A stretch of DNA of 64,000 bases from Azolla caroliniana (taxonomy: Eukaryota; Plantae; Polypodiophyta), in assembly GCA_043228905.1 (NCBI GenBank), contig JBHGNT010000004.1, positions 10,540,001 to 10,604,000 on the forward strand, in the 5' to 3' direction. A model generated the notes under the pieces. It saw only the letters and a program-made list of their open reading frames with translations. It was not told the DNA's origin and searched no databases. The translations under genes and the position numbers were made by a program. Positions 11,133 through 23,789 of this stretch are shown one piece after another; the first letter of the stretch is position 1, and each line of letters starts with the position of its first letter.

Positions 11133-13925
11133 TTAATCCTCTTCTAATATGCCAAGGATATCCTCGGGGGTGTGGGGTTGGTCTGGCTGCTCGGAAGGTG
11201 GGGTTGGTGATGGGGGTTTTGCTTCCGATTCAGGCAGGGTCGTGGTCATAGTTTGTGGCTCAGTTGTGATGTGGGGATCTGTAGGGGTGGGTTCCTCCTG
11301 TCTGGCTTCCGTGGTGGTTGGCTTGGGTTCGTGCTCATCGGTCGTGGGAGCTCTATTAGTCACGGTAGCTAGGCATTCCTCCTCATAAGCTTCGGCTTCT
11401 AAACGGAACATCATTTGATCGTCATTGAATTCCTCTAGAAGTTGCTCGATGGTTGCGGTGTGGGATGCTGCGAAGGTATGATATTCCTCAGTCAAGTCTT
11501 CACGGAGGGTCTGGATGTTGGTGTCATCCATCTTGTAAAACCCTCGGCCCTCCTTCCTTCGGTTCTCGGCGTCCGCGCGTAATATGTGTAGTTCAACGGC
11601 TTGGGCTGACCATTCCTGCCATACACGGTCGAGCGTTTCCTCGACCTTCTTGGTGAATTGTTGGCGATGATTGTTGATCAGGATCTTTATTTTAGTATCT
11701 TCCATGCCGATGCTAGCTCGGTGAAGTTCCACTTCCTCCCTTGCGGCCTTGGCATCTTCTTGGCATTTGCGGACGAGGAGCGCCAGAGTAGCTTGGTTAT
11801 CTTTTGCTTTTGCGGTTACGAGCATGATTGTTTGCTCATAACATTTGGTGAGCTGAGCTATAGTTTTGTCCATTTCCTGTCTCCAAGCGTCTCGTTATCG
11901 TTCCCTAGCGGCAATGTCCTCTGTTTGCAACTGGTAATAAGCATTGGAAATTTTTGCCCTTTGCTCCTCAGAGATCCTCCACTTTTGCATGTGTTCGTTT
12001 GCCAAATCTTGTAATGCCCTTTGTTGTCAGCGTAATTCCTAGTTGTCTGCGAATAGCTCGCATTCCCGTTGGCTATTCCTCTCTACTTCTTTGATGAATT
12101 GTTCTTTGGCCTCGGTGATAGAGACCTGAAGGTTCATCACCTCTCTTTCTTGTCCTTTGAGTGTAGCCGAGCTTTCAGCAAGCAGTCGCTTGAGGTCAGC
12201 TTCACGGCCCGCGGCTTGTTCCCGTAGTTGGCCAATAATGTTGTTGTGGTTTTGTTCTACTAACTCGGCCAGAGCGATCTGGACCTTAAGCTCCTCTTGG
12301 TAGTAACGGAGCGGAGGCCCTATCTGGGTTGCAGCTTGCTGGTTCCGGGGATTGGGTTCCCTGTCTGTTTGTGTAGATCTTTCCATGAGGACAGGTGGTC
12401 GTGGCATTTGCATCGAGGCGTGGCTGGTTTGGGGGCGCTGGCTTTTATCTCCCAGTGACGATGTCTCTCTTGTCTGTACAGAATCCGTCATTGTGCTTGC
12501 ATCGGCCGTGACTATCTTGGGGTGAGCTATGTAGTCGTTGTGGGCTTCGGTAATAGTAGCACTCAGGCTCGAGTTTAGAAGAGGGGCTGGTGAGACATCG
12601 TTACTCGGAGCAGGGAGGCTTAAGGGCGGTTGTTCTTGAGGTTGTTGCTCCAATGACGCCAGTTTCTGCTCGGCGTCTTGCCATAGCTTGGTGGCCCGTT
12701 TGGCTTGCTGCTGTGTCCTTTTGATATTTTGGGCCATGTCCTTGGTTGCCCGAGTTGTGTGGTGTAGATTTTGATATGCCTCCACTAAGGCCGTGTTCAG
12801 ATCAAGTAGCTCCATGAGGAGAGAAACATTTTGTGCTTGCTTCTTCTGCCCTATCTTCTGTAAGGCGCAATCCTCATGAGGCTCGATTTCTCCCATTAGA
12901 GCGCGTTGGATCATCTTTGTTTCCACGTGCTCCTCATCCATACGAGCGGAGGCAGCTACTTGGGCGTGCGCAAGGAAATCCATTAACTCATATGTTGTGC
13001 CTAGTCGAAGTAGTGTACTGAACTCGTATGCCTCCGCGGAGAGGTTTTTGTAACCGAGGACTTCCTCCTCTGATATCTGTGTGGTTTGTCCATGCTCAAT
13101 CCTACCTACTTGGAGCCATGACTCTACTGGTACCATGGTTGTGGAGGTCAGGCTAGCCTCCTTTGATTTCTGATGTTGGGTCCCCTCCGTTTCTATGGTC
13201 GACTCACAATTGATGCGTCATCTCGTTTTTGACTGATCCTGTGAGTCTGGGGACTGTGGTGTTGGCTCCTCGGCTTGTTTCCTCTTTTGTTCTCGTATGC
13301 CCAAGGGCTGCTGGTTTGTGGGGCGTGGGCTTGGTTGTGGAGAGGGCATCGAGGTCCTTGGTGTCTTCTGTCGTATGGTGACATCCTCAGTGGCGGGCTC
13401 CTCGGCCTTGTCCCATTCGACACGGGTCATTGGTAACGCCCATTGCTTCTGTGTTTTTGGTGGGGTTGGTGCCGAGGTGGGAGTAGGATTCCGAATGGCC
13501 AAGGGAGATGGAGAAGGAGGGGTCTTCCCATTCTTCCCTAGTTAACGCCAAAATCTTCTCCCATTGTTTCCGTGGTGGTGGTGGAGAGGTAAGGATGCGA
13601 CGAGGGGAAAACGAAGGAGCTGGGTAGAGGACTGTGAGGTAATGATTCATCACAGGTAACAATCGCTTACCGGTTTGAAAAGATTTTAGCATTGCACAGA
13701 CTCCTTCGCCGATGATGATTCCCCAATCGATTTTGTCGCCTTCGTACGCTCTAATGATGATGGCAGCTTTATTTTGTGGCATACTCGTGGGATTTGTATG
13801 CACAAAGACATATTCCATTAAAATTCGGGCGATCTCCCCAAAAGTCTTGTCTGGTCCTTCGTAAGTGCGGTAAGCTTTTCCCGACATCGAATACATCCCA
13901 AAGTATTCCTTGAGGGTCACGTGAG
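11133..13925 (-). pseudogene. Extra ORF of B (N-terminus lies at about 37280-37500, split off by C)
   Basis: LKEYFGMYSMSGKAYRT..FGEIARILMEY..MPQNKA..YEGDKIDWG, coiled coils, WSAQAVELHILRADAENRRKEG and terminal EDILGILEED. Homologous to the extra ORFs of C and D. Confidence 0.8.
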
Positions 13926-14410
13926 TGTTACCAGCCGGCAAAGGAGTCCAGAGTGTGAAACGGGGAGTTATTTCATTATTAGGAATGGTTGTAAGTAAGC
14001 TATGAGTGTGGACGGACGGACCGGAATCGGTATGCCGTTCCGGATCCAGACCGATCCCGAACAGGTGCGGATGGCACCGTTTTATACTACAGACCGGAAA
14101 CCTATTTAAAGGCCCGGATACAATGTAATGAGCAGCGGTTAATTAATAAAGATTAGCGTTTTTTATCGCTGTGTTAATTGCCATTCTGCATTCATTGTTA
14201 TATCTTACGCGTGTGATTATTAAGGACGATCTTGCTAAGTAACCTAATTAAGTCGGATTAAGCGTTGAGTCTAATCCTATTGCCGTAACACCCCTTTGGT
14301 GAAGTGTCTTCCGTAGACACCTTGTGTTAGGCCATTGTTCGGCCCTAAGAGTTAACACAGTTTTTGGCGACCACGATTCCTGTTTTTGCAACAAACGATG
14401 GCACGGATGG

Positions 14411-17400
14411 ATGACTGGATCAACGCACGACTTGGTTATAGATCGAACTCGACGCCTTGCCGAAAAGGCAAAGGAGACGTGAGGCTTTCCAACAAGCGAC
14501 AAAGGAAATTAGAGCGGATCGCTAGTTTTCCAACGTAATCCGGAGAGTAGCGGAGGACTCCCTCTGGTTACAGCAAACATCGCACCCGGACGACGGCAGC
14601 AGCCTAAGCAGCCTCCGGGAAACCGAATCCCTTCTCCAGGCGTTGGCAAACGAAGAAGGCGAAGCAGAAGCCTTTTCAGCGTATGAATCGGATTCCGAAG
14701 GGGAATACAACGTGCACACGAACTACCGTAGCAGCAACGAAACCCCGGGCAAACCGGAGGACGAAGGATCGGACACCTTACCGAGACCGAAACCGGAAGT
14801 GCTAAGGCTGGAACCTCCGGAACCAGCAGAGGAAGAGCGACCTCCGACACCGGAAGTCGAAGAGGAGAGGCCTCCATCACCAAAAGAAGAGGAAAGACCA
14901 TCAACGCCAGAAACAAATCAGGAAAGACCACCGACGCCGGAGAAAATCCAGGAATGACCACCAACACTGCCAGCCCGCGCACCAATATCGAACGACGACA
15001 TGCCGTTCCAGTATTCCAAGTATAGAGATGATCCGGACGCCTAAGCTCATGTTCACGCCTTTGAACAGACATGGGAAGCCAACCATGTGTCCCAAAGATT
15101 TACCCCGGAGGAAGAGGAACGCTCTAAGATAGCGGAATTTGGCATCACATTGGAAGGACCGGCAGCGAGATGGCGCTGGACGCAGGACCCGTCTACCATC
15201 ACCACCTTTGCAGATTTAAAAGCTAAATTCTTGCATTTTTTCCAAAAGGAGGTGGACCAGACAGTAATGGTGGGCTTATTTTATACCATCCGACAGGAGG
15301 CAGGGAAGAGCATTCCCCAGTTTGTCATCCGGTTTCAACGGATGCATAGTCAGCTTGCCCGCGCACCCTCGGAGGAGGAAATACGGACTATATTCCTAAA
15401 TGCGCTCCGGGAACCCCTACGCATGGTTTGCACGATAATTGACTTCTGCACAAGTACCATCGACCAGGTCATTGACCGGGTGAGAGAGATGGAAAAGACA
15501 AGCTCCTGGCTCACACTAGGAGCACTCCAACGGGCATTACCATCCGATGAAGACCTCCGGTTTCGGAAAGCAATACAGTGCACAACCTGCTTGAATTCCG
15601 GACACTCGGCACTAGAATGCACTATGAGGACGCAATGTGTAATATGTCAATCCAAGGGCCATACGACGGATAGATGCGAGTATAATCTATTGAACCGGAA
15701 AGCACCGCCCGTCCGACAAATAGAGCCACGCAACAGCCGGGATGAAGAAGAGGAACGCTGGCGGCGAATGGACCGCGACCGACCGGCACAGGATGTCCGG
15801 TATGGCGATCGACGGGAGAATGATGTCCGGCACGGTGAGCGGCGGGATAACTATGACCGGCATGATAGATATGATCGGTACCGGGATTACAATAGACGAT
15901 ACGAACATTACAACCGGGAGCACTCCCCCGGGTATCATCAGCAATGGGAGGAATACGACAGATATAACGACCAGCCTCGTCAAGAGTACCGCAATAAGAA
16001 GAACTATAACAAAAAATGGCATTTCAAAAAAGGCTGCTACCCACAGGATCCGGAACAAGGAGCTTCAAGCAGCCAACTAGCCCAAAACCCCGCGCTTACC
16101 ACGGGACCTGCCTCGGGTACAACAGACAATGCCGAATCCAGTAATACCCGGAAAGCCTACTGCTACTACTGCCGACAGGAAGGCCATTATAGTAATCAAT
16201 GCCCAGCGAAGAGCTATGACAAACGACCGACAGTAAATATGGTAGTCCCTGAAGTGGCAGATCTGCAACAGGTGACCACAAGGTTGAAGGGCATGGCCAA
16301 GTAATGGGAGACGCAGGAGACCATCCGGAAGCAAGCGACGGAATGGGTGAAAAAAGCAAACGAGCAAAATGTCACCGACGGCAGTCACTCCGAGAACGAG
16401 ACATGGCAGACGTTGCAAGAATGCCAGATTACGCTGCCACTAGGAAGACTCCTACAGCTCGTGCCAAGATTTCCGGAAGGACTGAAGACGGCCATGACGG
16501 CAAGAGAATCATCACCGGCACCGGTACTCTTCTCGAATCCGGAGGAAGGACCAACGGTGGCGGACACCAACAGTCCGATAATCACTGCCATTGTAAAAGG
16601 GAAAGAACTCCCCGACACAGTTATAGACGGAGGTTCCGGGGTGAATGTAATAAGCCTCCGGACGTGTGATGCCCTGGGAATCCACGAGTGGGAGCCGTGT
16701 CCGTTCTGGTTATGAATGGCCGATACAAGCTCAGTGCGGCTGACAGGATTAATATGAAAATTAGAAGTCACCGTTGGCGGTCATACATTTCACATCTCCG
16801 CAATAGTGCTACAATTACAGGCACAAGGCGCATACCCGCTATTGCTGGGGCGGCCGTGGTTGAAAACGGCACATATCAAACAGAATTGGAGGAAAAATAT
16901 AATTTCCTTCCGGCGAGGAAAAGCCAAGGTACAGGTACCAACACAGCCAAGGACGAGGACTGGAAAGGAATGTACATTGTTGTATACAGAGTGCGTCAAC
17001 ATGCTAGAAGGATTAGCTGATGAAGAAGAAGCTCAGTACTTGCAGGAAAACCCGGAGATCGTACCTCTCTTCGAAATTGACGTTGCCGAAGCAGTAGCAC
17101 CATACTTACCGCAGCCGGAAGAGACTGAAGCAGAACCGGATAAAGACGCAATCCGAGAGTTACGGCAAGCGCAGCAAACGTTGGAACGGGAAATGGCCGT
17201 TTCACAGCGCGTAAAAGCGTCGCAACTTGAAGAGGTGAACCTAGGGACCACGGATGAAGCAAAACCGGTGCACATCGCCAAGAGATGAAGTCCGAAGACA
17301 AAACAGCGATGATCACACTTCTCACGGAATTTCGCGACGTGTTCGCCTGGTCATACGAAGACATGCGAGGACTCGACCCTCAGTTATACCAACATCAGAT

Positions 17401-19616
17401 TCACTTGAGCAAGGACGCAAATCCAGTGGCACAAAGACGGTACCAGATGAATCCCAATTATGCCGCCAAAGTCAAGGAGGAAATCGACAAACTTCTAAGA
17501 GTGGGCTTTATCCGTCCGGTAAAGAAAGCGACATGGCTAAGCCCGATCGTAGTCGTACCGAAAAAGAACGGAAAAATTCGAGTTTGTGTGGACTACCAGA
17601 AACTCAATGCGGCTACGATAACGGATGCGTTTCCACTTCTGTTCACAGATGGAGTGTTGGATGCCGTCGCCGGCCATGAGGTCTATAGCTTTCTAGACGT
17701 ATTCAACGGGTATAATCAATTCCGGATGCACCCCGACGACTAAGAGAAAACGGCTTTCGTCACCGAATGGGGGGTGTTTGTGGCCGTGGTGATGATGTTC
17801 GGACTCAAAACGGCACCGGCAACATTTCAACGAATCATCATGGAAATCTTTGGTGAATATATCCCGGCTTTTATGCAGGTTTTCCTTGACGATTTCACCG
17901 TCTATAGCCGGGAGGAGGACCATTTTCAGCACCTCCGTCTTTGTCTAGAAAAGTGTAGAGCATACTGGCTAAGCTTGAATCCGGCAAAGTGTGTATTTGG
18001 CATGTCCAGTGGAACCTTATTAGGACATATTGTGAGCCAGGAAGGTATTGCAGTTGACCCGGACAAGGTGAAATCCATATTAGAAGCACTGGCGCCGGCA
18101 ACGGCAAAGGCATTGAGCTGGTTCTTAGGAGAGATCCGATGGCACAGCCGGATGCTCCGATACTTGGCTGACCTGGCTACACCGTTGCATGCCGCCGTAC
18201 ATCGGACACCATTCCGGTGGACAGACACCGAGGATAGGGCGTATAGGGCCCTCAAGGTACTATTGTTGCAAGCACCGGTAGTGCAGCCTCCGGATTGGAG
18301 TAAAGAATTTCATGTGTTCGTGGACGCCTCCGACATCGCAATCGGAAGCGTACTGATGCAGCTTACGGAGCCAGTGTACTATGCCAGTCAGTGTACTATG
18401 CCAGCCGAAAGCTATCCCAAGCGGAACGAAACTATACCATGGAACGGGAAGCTCTAGGGATGATCTACAGTGTGACAAAGTTTCGGCATTATTTATTGGG
18501 ATGGAAGTTTTCCTTCCATGTAGATCATTCGGCACTCCTTTACTTGGTGTTCAAGGCGTCACTCACCGGTAAGTTGGCCCGGTGGACCTTATTGTTACAG
18601 GAATTCAAGTTTGAAATATTCCACCGACCCGGTATACAGCATGTCGTGGCAGATAACTTAAGCCGATTAGAGTTCGGAGAGACAAGTGAAGGAGTAGCGG
18701 ACGAGTTTCCGGATGTAGAGCTGTTTCGAGTCACTACGGAAACGGCAGCAGATGAGACGGTGGCACAGGAAGACAAGTGGCTCACAAACATGCACCAGTT
18801 TATGATCACAAGATTGCCTCCGGAAGAGATGAACCGGGACGAAAGGAAACGCCTGGCAGTGCAAAGCCGACATTTCTGCTTACTGCGAGACACACTTTAC
18901 CACAAGGGCGCGGACACCATATGGAGACGGGTTGTGCGCAGCGATGAAAAGGACCTCATACTGAGGGAAGCCCACTACGGAGTTGCCGGAGATGCCCCTG
19001 TGCCGGAGATGCGACGGCCAGGAAAATATGGCAAAGTGGCCTATGGTGGCCAACGACATTAAGAGATGTCGTACGGTACGCAAAAGAATGTGACCTATGC
19101 CAGCGAATGGGCCAACCAACGGAGCAGGCTCAGATGCCACACCAGCCTGTACTACCACTCGAACCATTCCAGAAGTGGGGGCTGAACTTTGTTGGACCGT
19201 TCAAACCACCGGAAATGAGAACAGGTAATCGGTACGTCATCGTCGCGACAGATTACTACACGAAATCGGTGGAGGCCAAAGCCTTAAGAGACAACACCGC
19301 TGCGTCAACGGCAAAATTTCTATACGAGCACATCTGGTGCCGTTACGGATGCCCATTCGAATTAATAAGCGACCAAGGGGGGCACTTTCTCGGCCAAGTA
19401 GTTGAAAGCCTAACAACATTCTATGCCATTGTCCATAAATGGAGCACACCATACTATCCTCAAGCAAATGGGTTAGCTGAATCGACGAACAAAACGCTCC
19501 AGAATATCCTCCAGAAGATCGTCAACGAAAACCGAACGGATTGGGATACCAAGCTACATAGCACGCTTTGGGCATACTGGATGGCATATAAAACGAGCAT
19601 CCAAACAACACCGTTC
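14411..19616 (+). pseudogene. C gag-pol (Zn knuckles, protease, RT, RNase H, integrase); final part at 33107-33676
   Basis: CTTCLNSGH, CYYCRQEGHYSNQC, VIDGGSGVNVI, FLDDF, VFVDASD, ELISDQG, YYPQANGLAE. Several stops and frameshifts. Confidence 0.93.
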
Positions 19617-21046
19617 TGTTGTCTGTCTGGCCGGACTAGCCTCAACACAGGTGTCTATCCGACACTTCTCCAAAGGGGTGGTAAGGGTTGGATGCTAGGT
19701 TACACGCGTAAGATTATTACAATTAAGCACAGACGGTAAACCATACGAGATACAGATAAGCACGCAATAATTACTATTGTATTACTTCCGTCCCAACCCT
19801 TTACAAATCATCGGATCCTTTTATAGGCATCCGACAAGGTTACAATCGGTGCGCTTAGGCAACCGACATCCGAATCGGTCCGGATCCGGATCGGTACAAC
19901 TGTACCGGATCCGTCCCTCCGAATAATAATTCTACTATTATTTACTTCCTATTATCCGATCCGATTCCGCCTTCCCACTTGTCCTTGCTCTTCTGACCGG
20001 CCAACACATGGCACGCCCGTGGGAAAGTGCCTTGCACTTCGAATCCACTCTCGGCCTCAGTCTTCCTCCAAAATATCGAGCACACTCTGCTCGATGGTGT
20101 CAAGTGGTGCTTCTTCCTCCTGTTCCTGTTCCTTGCCTGCCTGGTCTCCGACCTCCGGTTGGGTGGGCTGTTCCGTAAAAATTTGCTACTCCGGCTCTGC
20201 TTGATTCTGTGGTGTCGGTGCTTCCTCACCGCTTCGTTCGAGTTCTTCCTGTTCTCCCTCCGTTCCTGATTCTGTTCTGGTACCAGTGTCGCTTTCTCCG
20301 GTCTCGACTCGTCGACTCGATATGCCTCCTTCCTCTGCTCTGGTGTCTTCCGCCCTGCGTTCGATACGCCTTGCTGCTGATAGAGTACTCCTCGAAATAT
20401 TCGAACAGGATTTCACTTGAAGGGTTTTCGATTGTTTGAAGTCCTCCTGCTTTTATCCCCGTGAGCGCTTGCACTGCTCCTTCCGTGACTTCTAATATAT
20501 CGATCGATGCTGCCGCCTGCTCTGGTTCTGCGTGTGGTGGAGCGTCGGCGATCCGCAGCAATCCTTTTAACCCGTTCTCCCTCATCCATTGGCTTGCCTC
20601 TTCCGACAGTACCATTGTTTCGAATTCTTCTTCTGCTGCCTGTTGTTTGGGATCGCGCTGTCTGTGCTCTGTGCGTCGGGTCGCTCTTCTGTGCTTCTAC
20701 GCCTGTATGTAGGAAAATTCGTAAAAAGTGAGCCCTTCGCAGGCCTCTGTCTTATATAGTGGGTTGTGCCTCGAGCCGCCCTTTTTTGTTTCCCGCGCAT
20801 GTTCCTCTCCCGCCATAATTAGTATGTCCTTTCTTGTTTGCCGCGTGTGAGTGCCCACGTTCCATGCTTTAAATAGCAAGTACGCGCACGTCCTGCATGG
20901 CGCCTCTTCGTTGCATGGTGGCTCTCCCACCTCTTGTGATCTCCCCATCATTACTATGATTCGCGTCGATTTTGCCCACGTCTTCTTTTTCTTTTCTTTT
21001 TTTCTTTTTTTTTCTTTTTTTTTTTTTCTTTCTTGTTTGGACCACG

Positions 21047-23349
21047 TCATTTGCTGGTCCCCCCCGATTTGTTCGGGTCGGTTCGTGTGGGTACCGGATC
21101 CTTCTGTCGGTTTTCTGGGATAGTCTTCGTCAGTATCGGTGTCGGTTCTTCCTCGGTCCGAATATCTTCAGCAGCGTCTGTCGGTGTCGGTTCCTCATCT
21201 TGCCGGATTTCCGGGTTTTGCTTGAACGGGTTGGCTGCCATATTTCCCTGATACGGCTTTAGCCGAAATCCATTTGCCCACTTGCCGATGACATCTCCAG
21301 ACAACGTGCCGAGCTGATACGACCCATTGTGCTCCTTGGTGATCCAGAACGGTCCGGTCCATCGAAACCGCAACTTTCCCGGCATGTTCCCCATCCGTGT
21401 CTGGAATAGTAGCACCGGTTTCCCGACTTTGAACTCCTTTTCATTGCCACGCCGGTGTCGGTCCACGAAAGCTTTTCTCCTCCTTTGCTCCAGTTCGAGT
21501 TGTAGTAAGCTGGCTATTCGGTTTTCTTCTAATTCCAACAACGTCGCCAGCCGGATTCGTTCAGACTCGTTCTCACTTAAGCGCTCCTTCACCTGAATCC
21601 GTAAGCTTGGGATCTGGAACTCTACCGGCATGACTGCTTCTAACCCGAATGCTAGTCGGAACGGGGTTGTCCGGATGCTAGTTTTGTACATTGTTCGGTA
21701 CGCCCATAGCGCGCTTTGCAATTTCGTATCCCAGTCGGTCCGGTTCTCGTTGACGATTTTTCGTAGGATGTTCTGCAGAGTTTTGTTCGTTGATTCCGCT
21801 AGTCCATTGGCTTGAGGGTAGTAGGGAGTACTCTTTTTATGTACCACCGCGTAAAATGACGTCAGGCTTTCTACTACTTGCCCGAGAAAATGTCCTCCTT
21901 GGTCACTTATAAGCTCGATCGGGCATCCATACCGGCACCATCTGCACTCGTACAGAAACTTTGCCGTGGACGCGGCCGTGTTGTCCCGTAAGGCCTTTGC
22001 TTCTACCCATTTGGTGCAATAGTCGGTCGCCACTATGACATACCGATTTCCGGTTCGCATTGCCGGTGGTTTGAAGGGACCGACAAAGTCCAACCCCCAC
22101 TTTTGAAACGGTTCTAAGGGCAAGACCGGGTGGTGTGGCATCCGGGCCTGCTCTGTGGGTTGGCCCAGTCGTTGACACAAATCACATTCTCTGCTATACT
22201 TCACGGCATCTTTTAGGGTGGTCGGCCACCACAGTCCGCTCTGCCATATTTTCCGAGCGGTTGCGTCGCCGGCATAATGCCCGCCGGCAATTCCACAGTG
22301 GGCTTCCCTGAGGATTAGATCCTTCTCATCGCTCCGCACTGCTCGTCTCCAGATGCCATCTGCCCCCTTGTGATAGAGGGTGTCTCCAACCAAGCAGAAA
22401 TGTCTACTTCTTACTGCTACCCTTTTCCTTTCATCGCGGTCCATGTTCTCCGAGGGAACTCCGGTGCTCAGGAACTAATGCATCTCAGTTAGCCATGTGT
22501 CGTCATCGGCTACCGTTGTATCCGTTGCTGGTTTCGTCGTGATCCGGAACAATTCGGCGTCGGGAAACTCATCCTGGACGCCGTCCCCTGCTTCTCCGGA
22601 TTCGAGTCTGCTTAGATAGTCCGCTACCACATGCTGCGCCCCGGGTCTGTGGAAAATGTTGAATTCAAATTCCTGTAGCAGCAGTGTCCACTGTGCAATT
22701 TTTCCCGTCAGGGATGCCTTCAAGACCACGTAGAGTAGTGCCGAATGGTCGACATGGAAGGAAAACTTCCTTCCGAGCAGATAGTGCCTGTACTTTGTGA
22801 CACTATACACCATTCCCAATGCCTCGCGTTCTGTCGTAGAGTAATTTCGTTCGGCTTTTGAGAGTTTCTGGCTTGCGTAGTACACCGGTCGGTACCATTT
22901 CGGCTCCGTGAGTTGCATCAGAACGCTGCCGATTGCTACATCCGACACGTCGACGAAGACGTGAAAGCTTTTACTCCAATCCGGCGGTTGCACCACCGGA
23001 GCTTGCGACAGCATAACCTTCAACGCTTTGTAGGATTCCTCCTCCGTCTCCGCCCATAGGAAGGGTACCCTATGTACGGCGGTATGTAACGGTGTAGCGA
23101 TGTCTGCAAGGTGCCGTATCATCCGGCTATGCCACCTTATTTGGCCCAGGAACCGGCTTAAAGCCTTTGCGTTACTTGGTGCTAGTGCCTCGAGAATCGC
23201 CTTGACTTTATCCGGATCTACCACGATTCCTTCCTTACTCACCACGTGCCCTAGCAAGTTGACGCTTGCCACTCCAAAGACGCACTTGGCTGGGTTCAGG
23301 CTCAATCGGTACTCGCGGCACTTCTCCAAGCACAGCCGGAGGTGATCGA
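21047..23349 (-). pseudogene. Partial pol of the second D unit (mid-RT, RNase H, integrase)
   Basis: ORFs 22475-23329 and 21047-22444 are nearly identical to 26726-29030. The unit begins abruptly at DHLRLCLEK next to the middle LTR. Confidence 0.92.
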
Positions 23350-23789
23350 TGTTGTCTGTCTGGCCGGACTAGCCTCAACACAAGTGTCTATCCGACACTT
23401 CTCCAAAGGGGTGGTAAGGATTGGATGCTAGGTTACACCCATAAGATGATTACAATTAAGCACAGATGGTAAACAATACGAGATACAGATAAATACGCAA
23501 TAATTACTATTGTATTACTTCCGTCAAAACACTTTACAAATCATCGGATCCTTTTATAGGCATCCGGCAAGGTTACAATCGCTGCGCTTAGGCAACCGAC
23601 ATCCGAATCGGTTCGGATCCGGATCGGTACAACTGTACCAAATCCGTCCCTCCGAATAATAATTCTACTATTATTTACTTCCTATTATCCGATCCGATTC
23701 CGCCTTCCCACTTGTCCCTGCTCTTCTGACCGGCCAACACATGGCACGCTCGTGGGAAAGTGCCTTGCACTTCGAATCCACTCCCGGCC

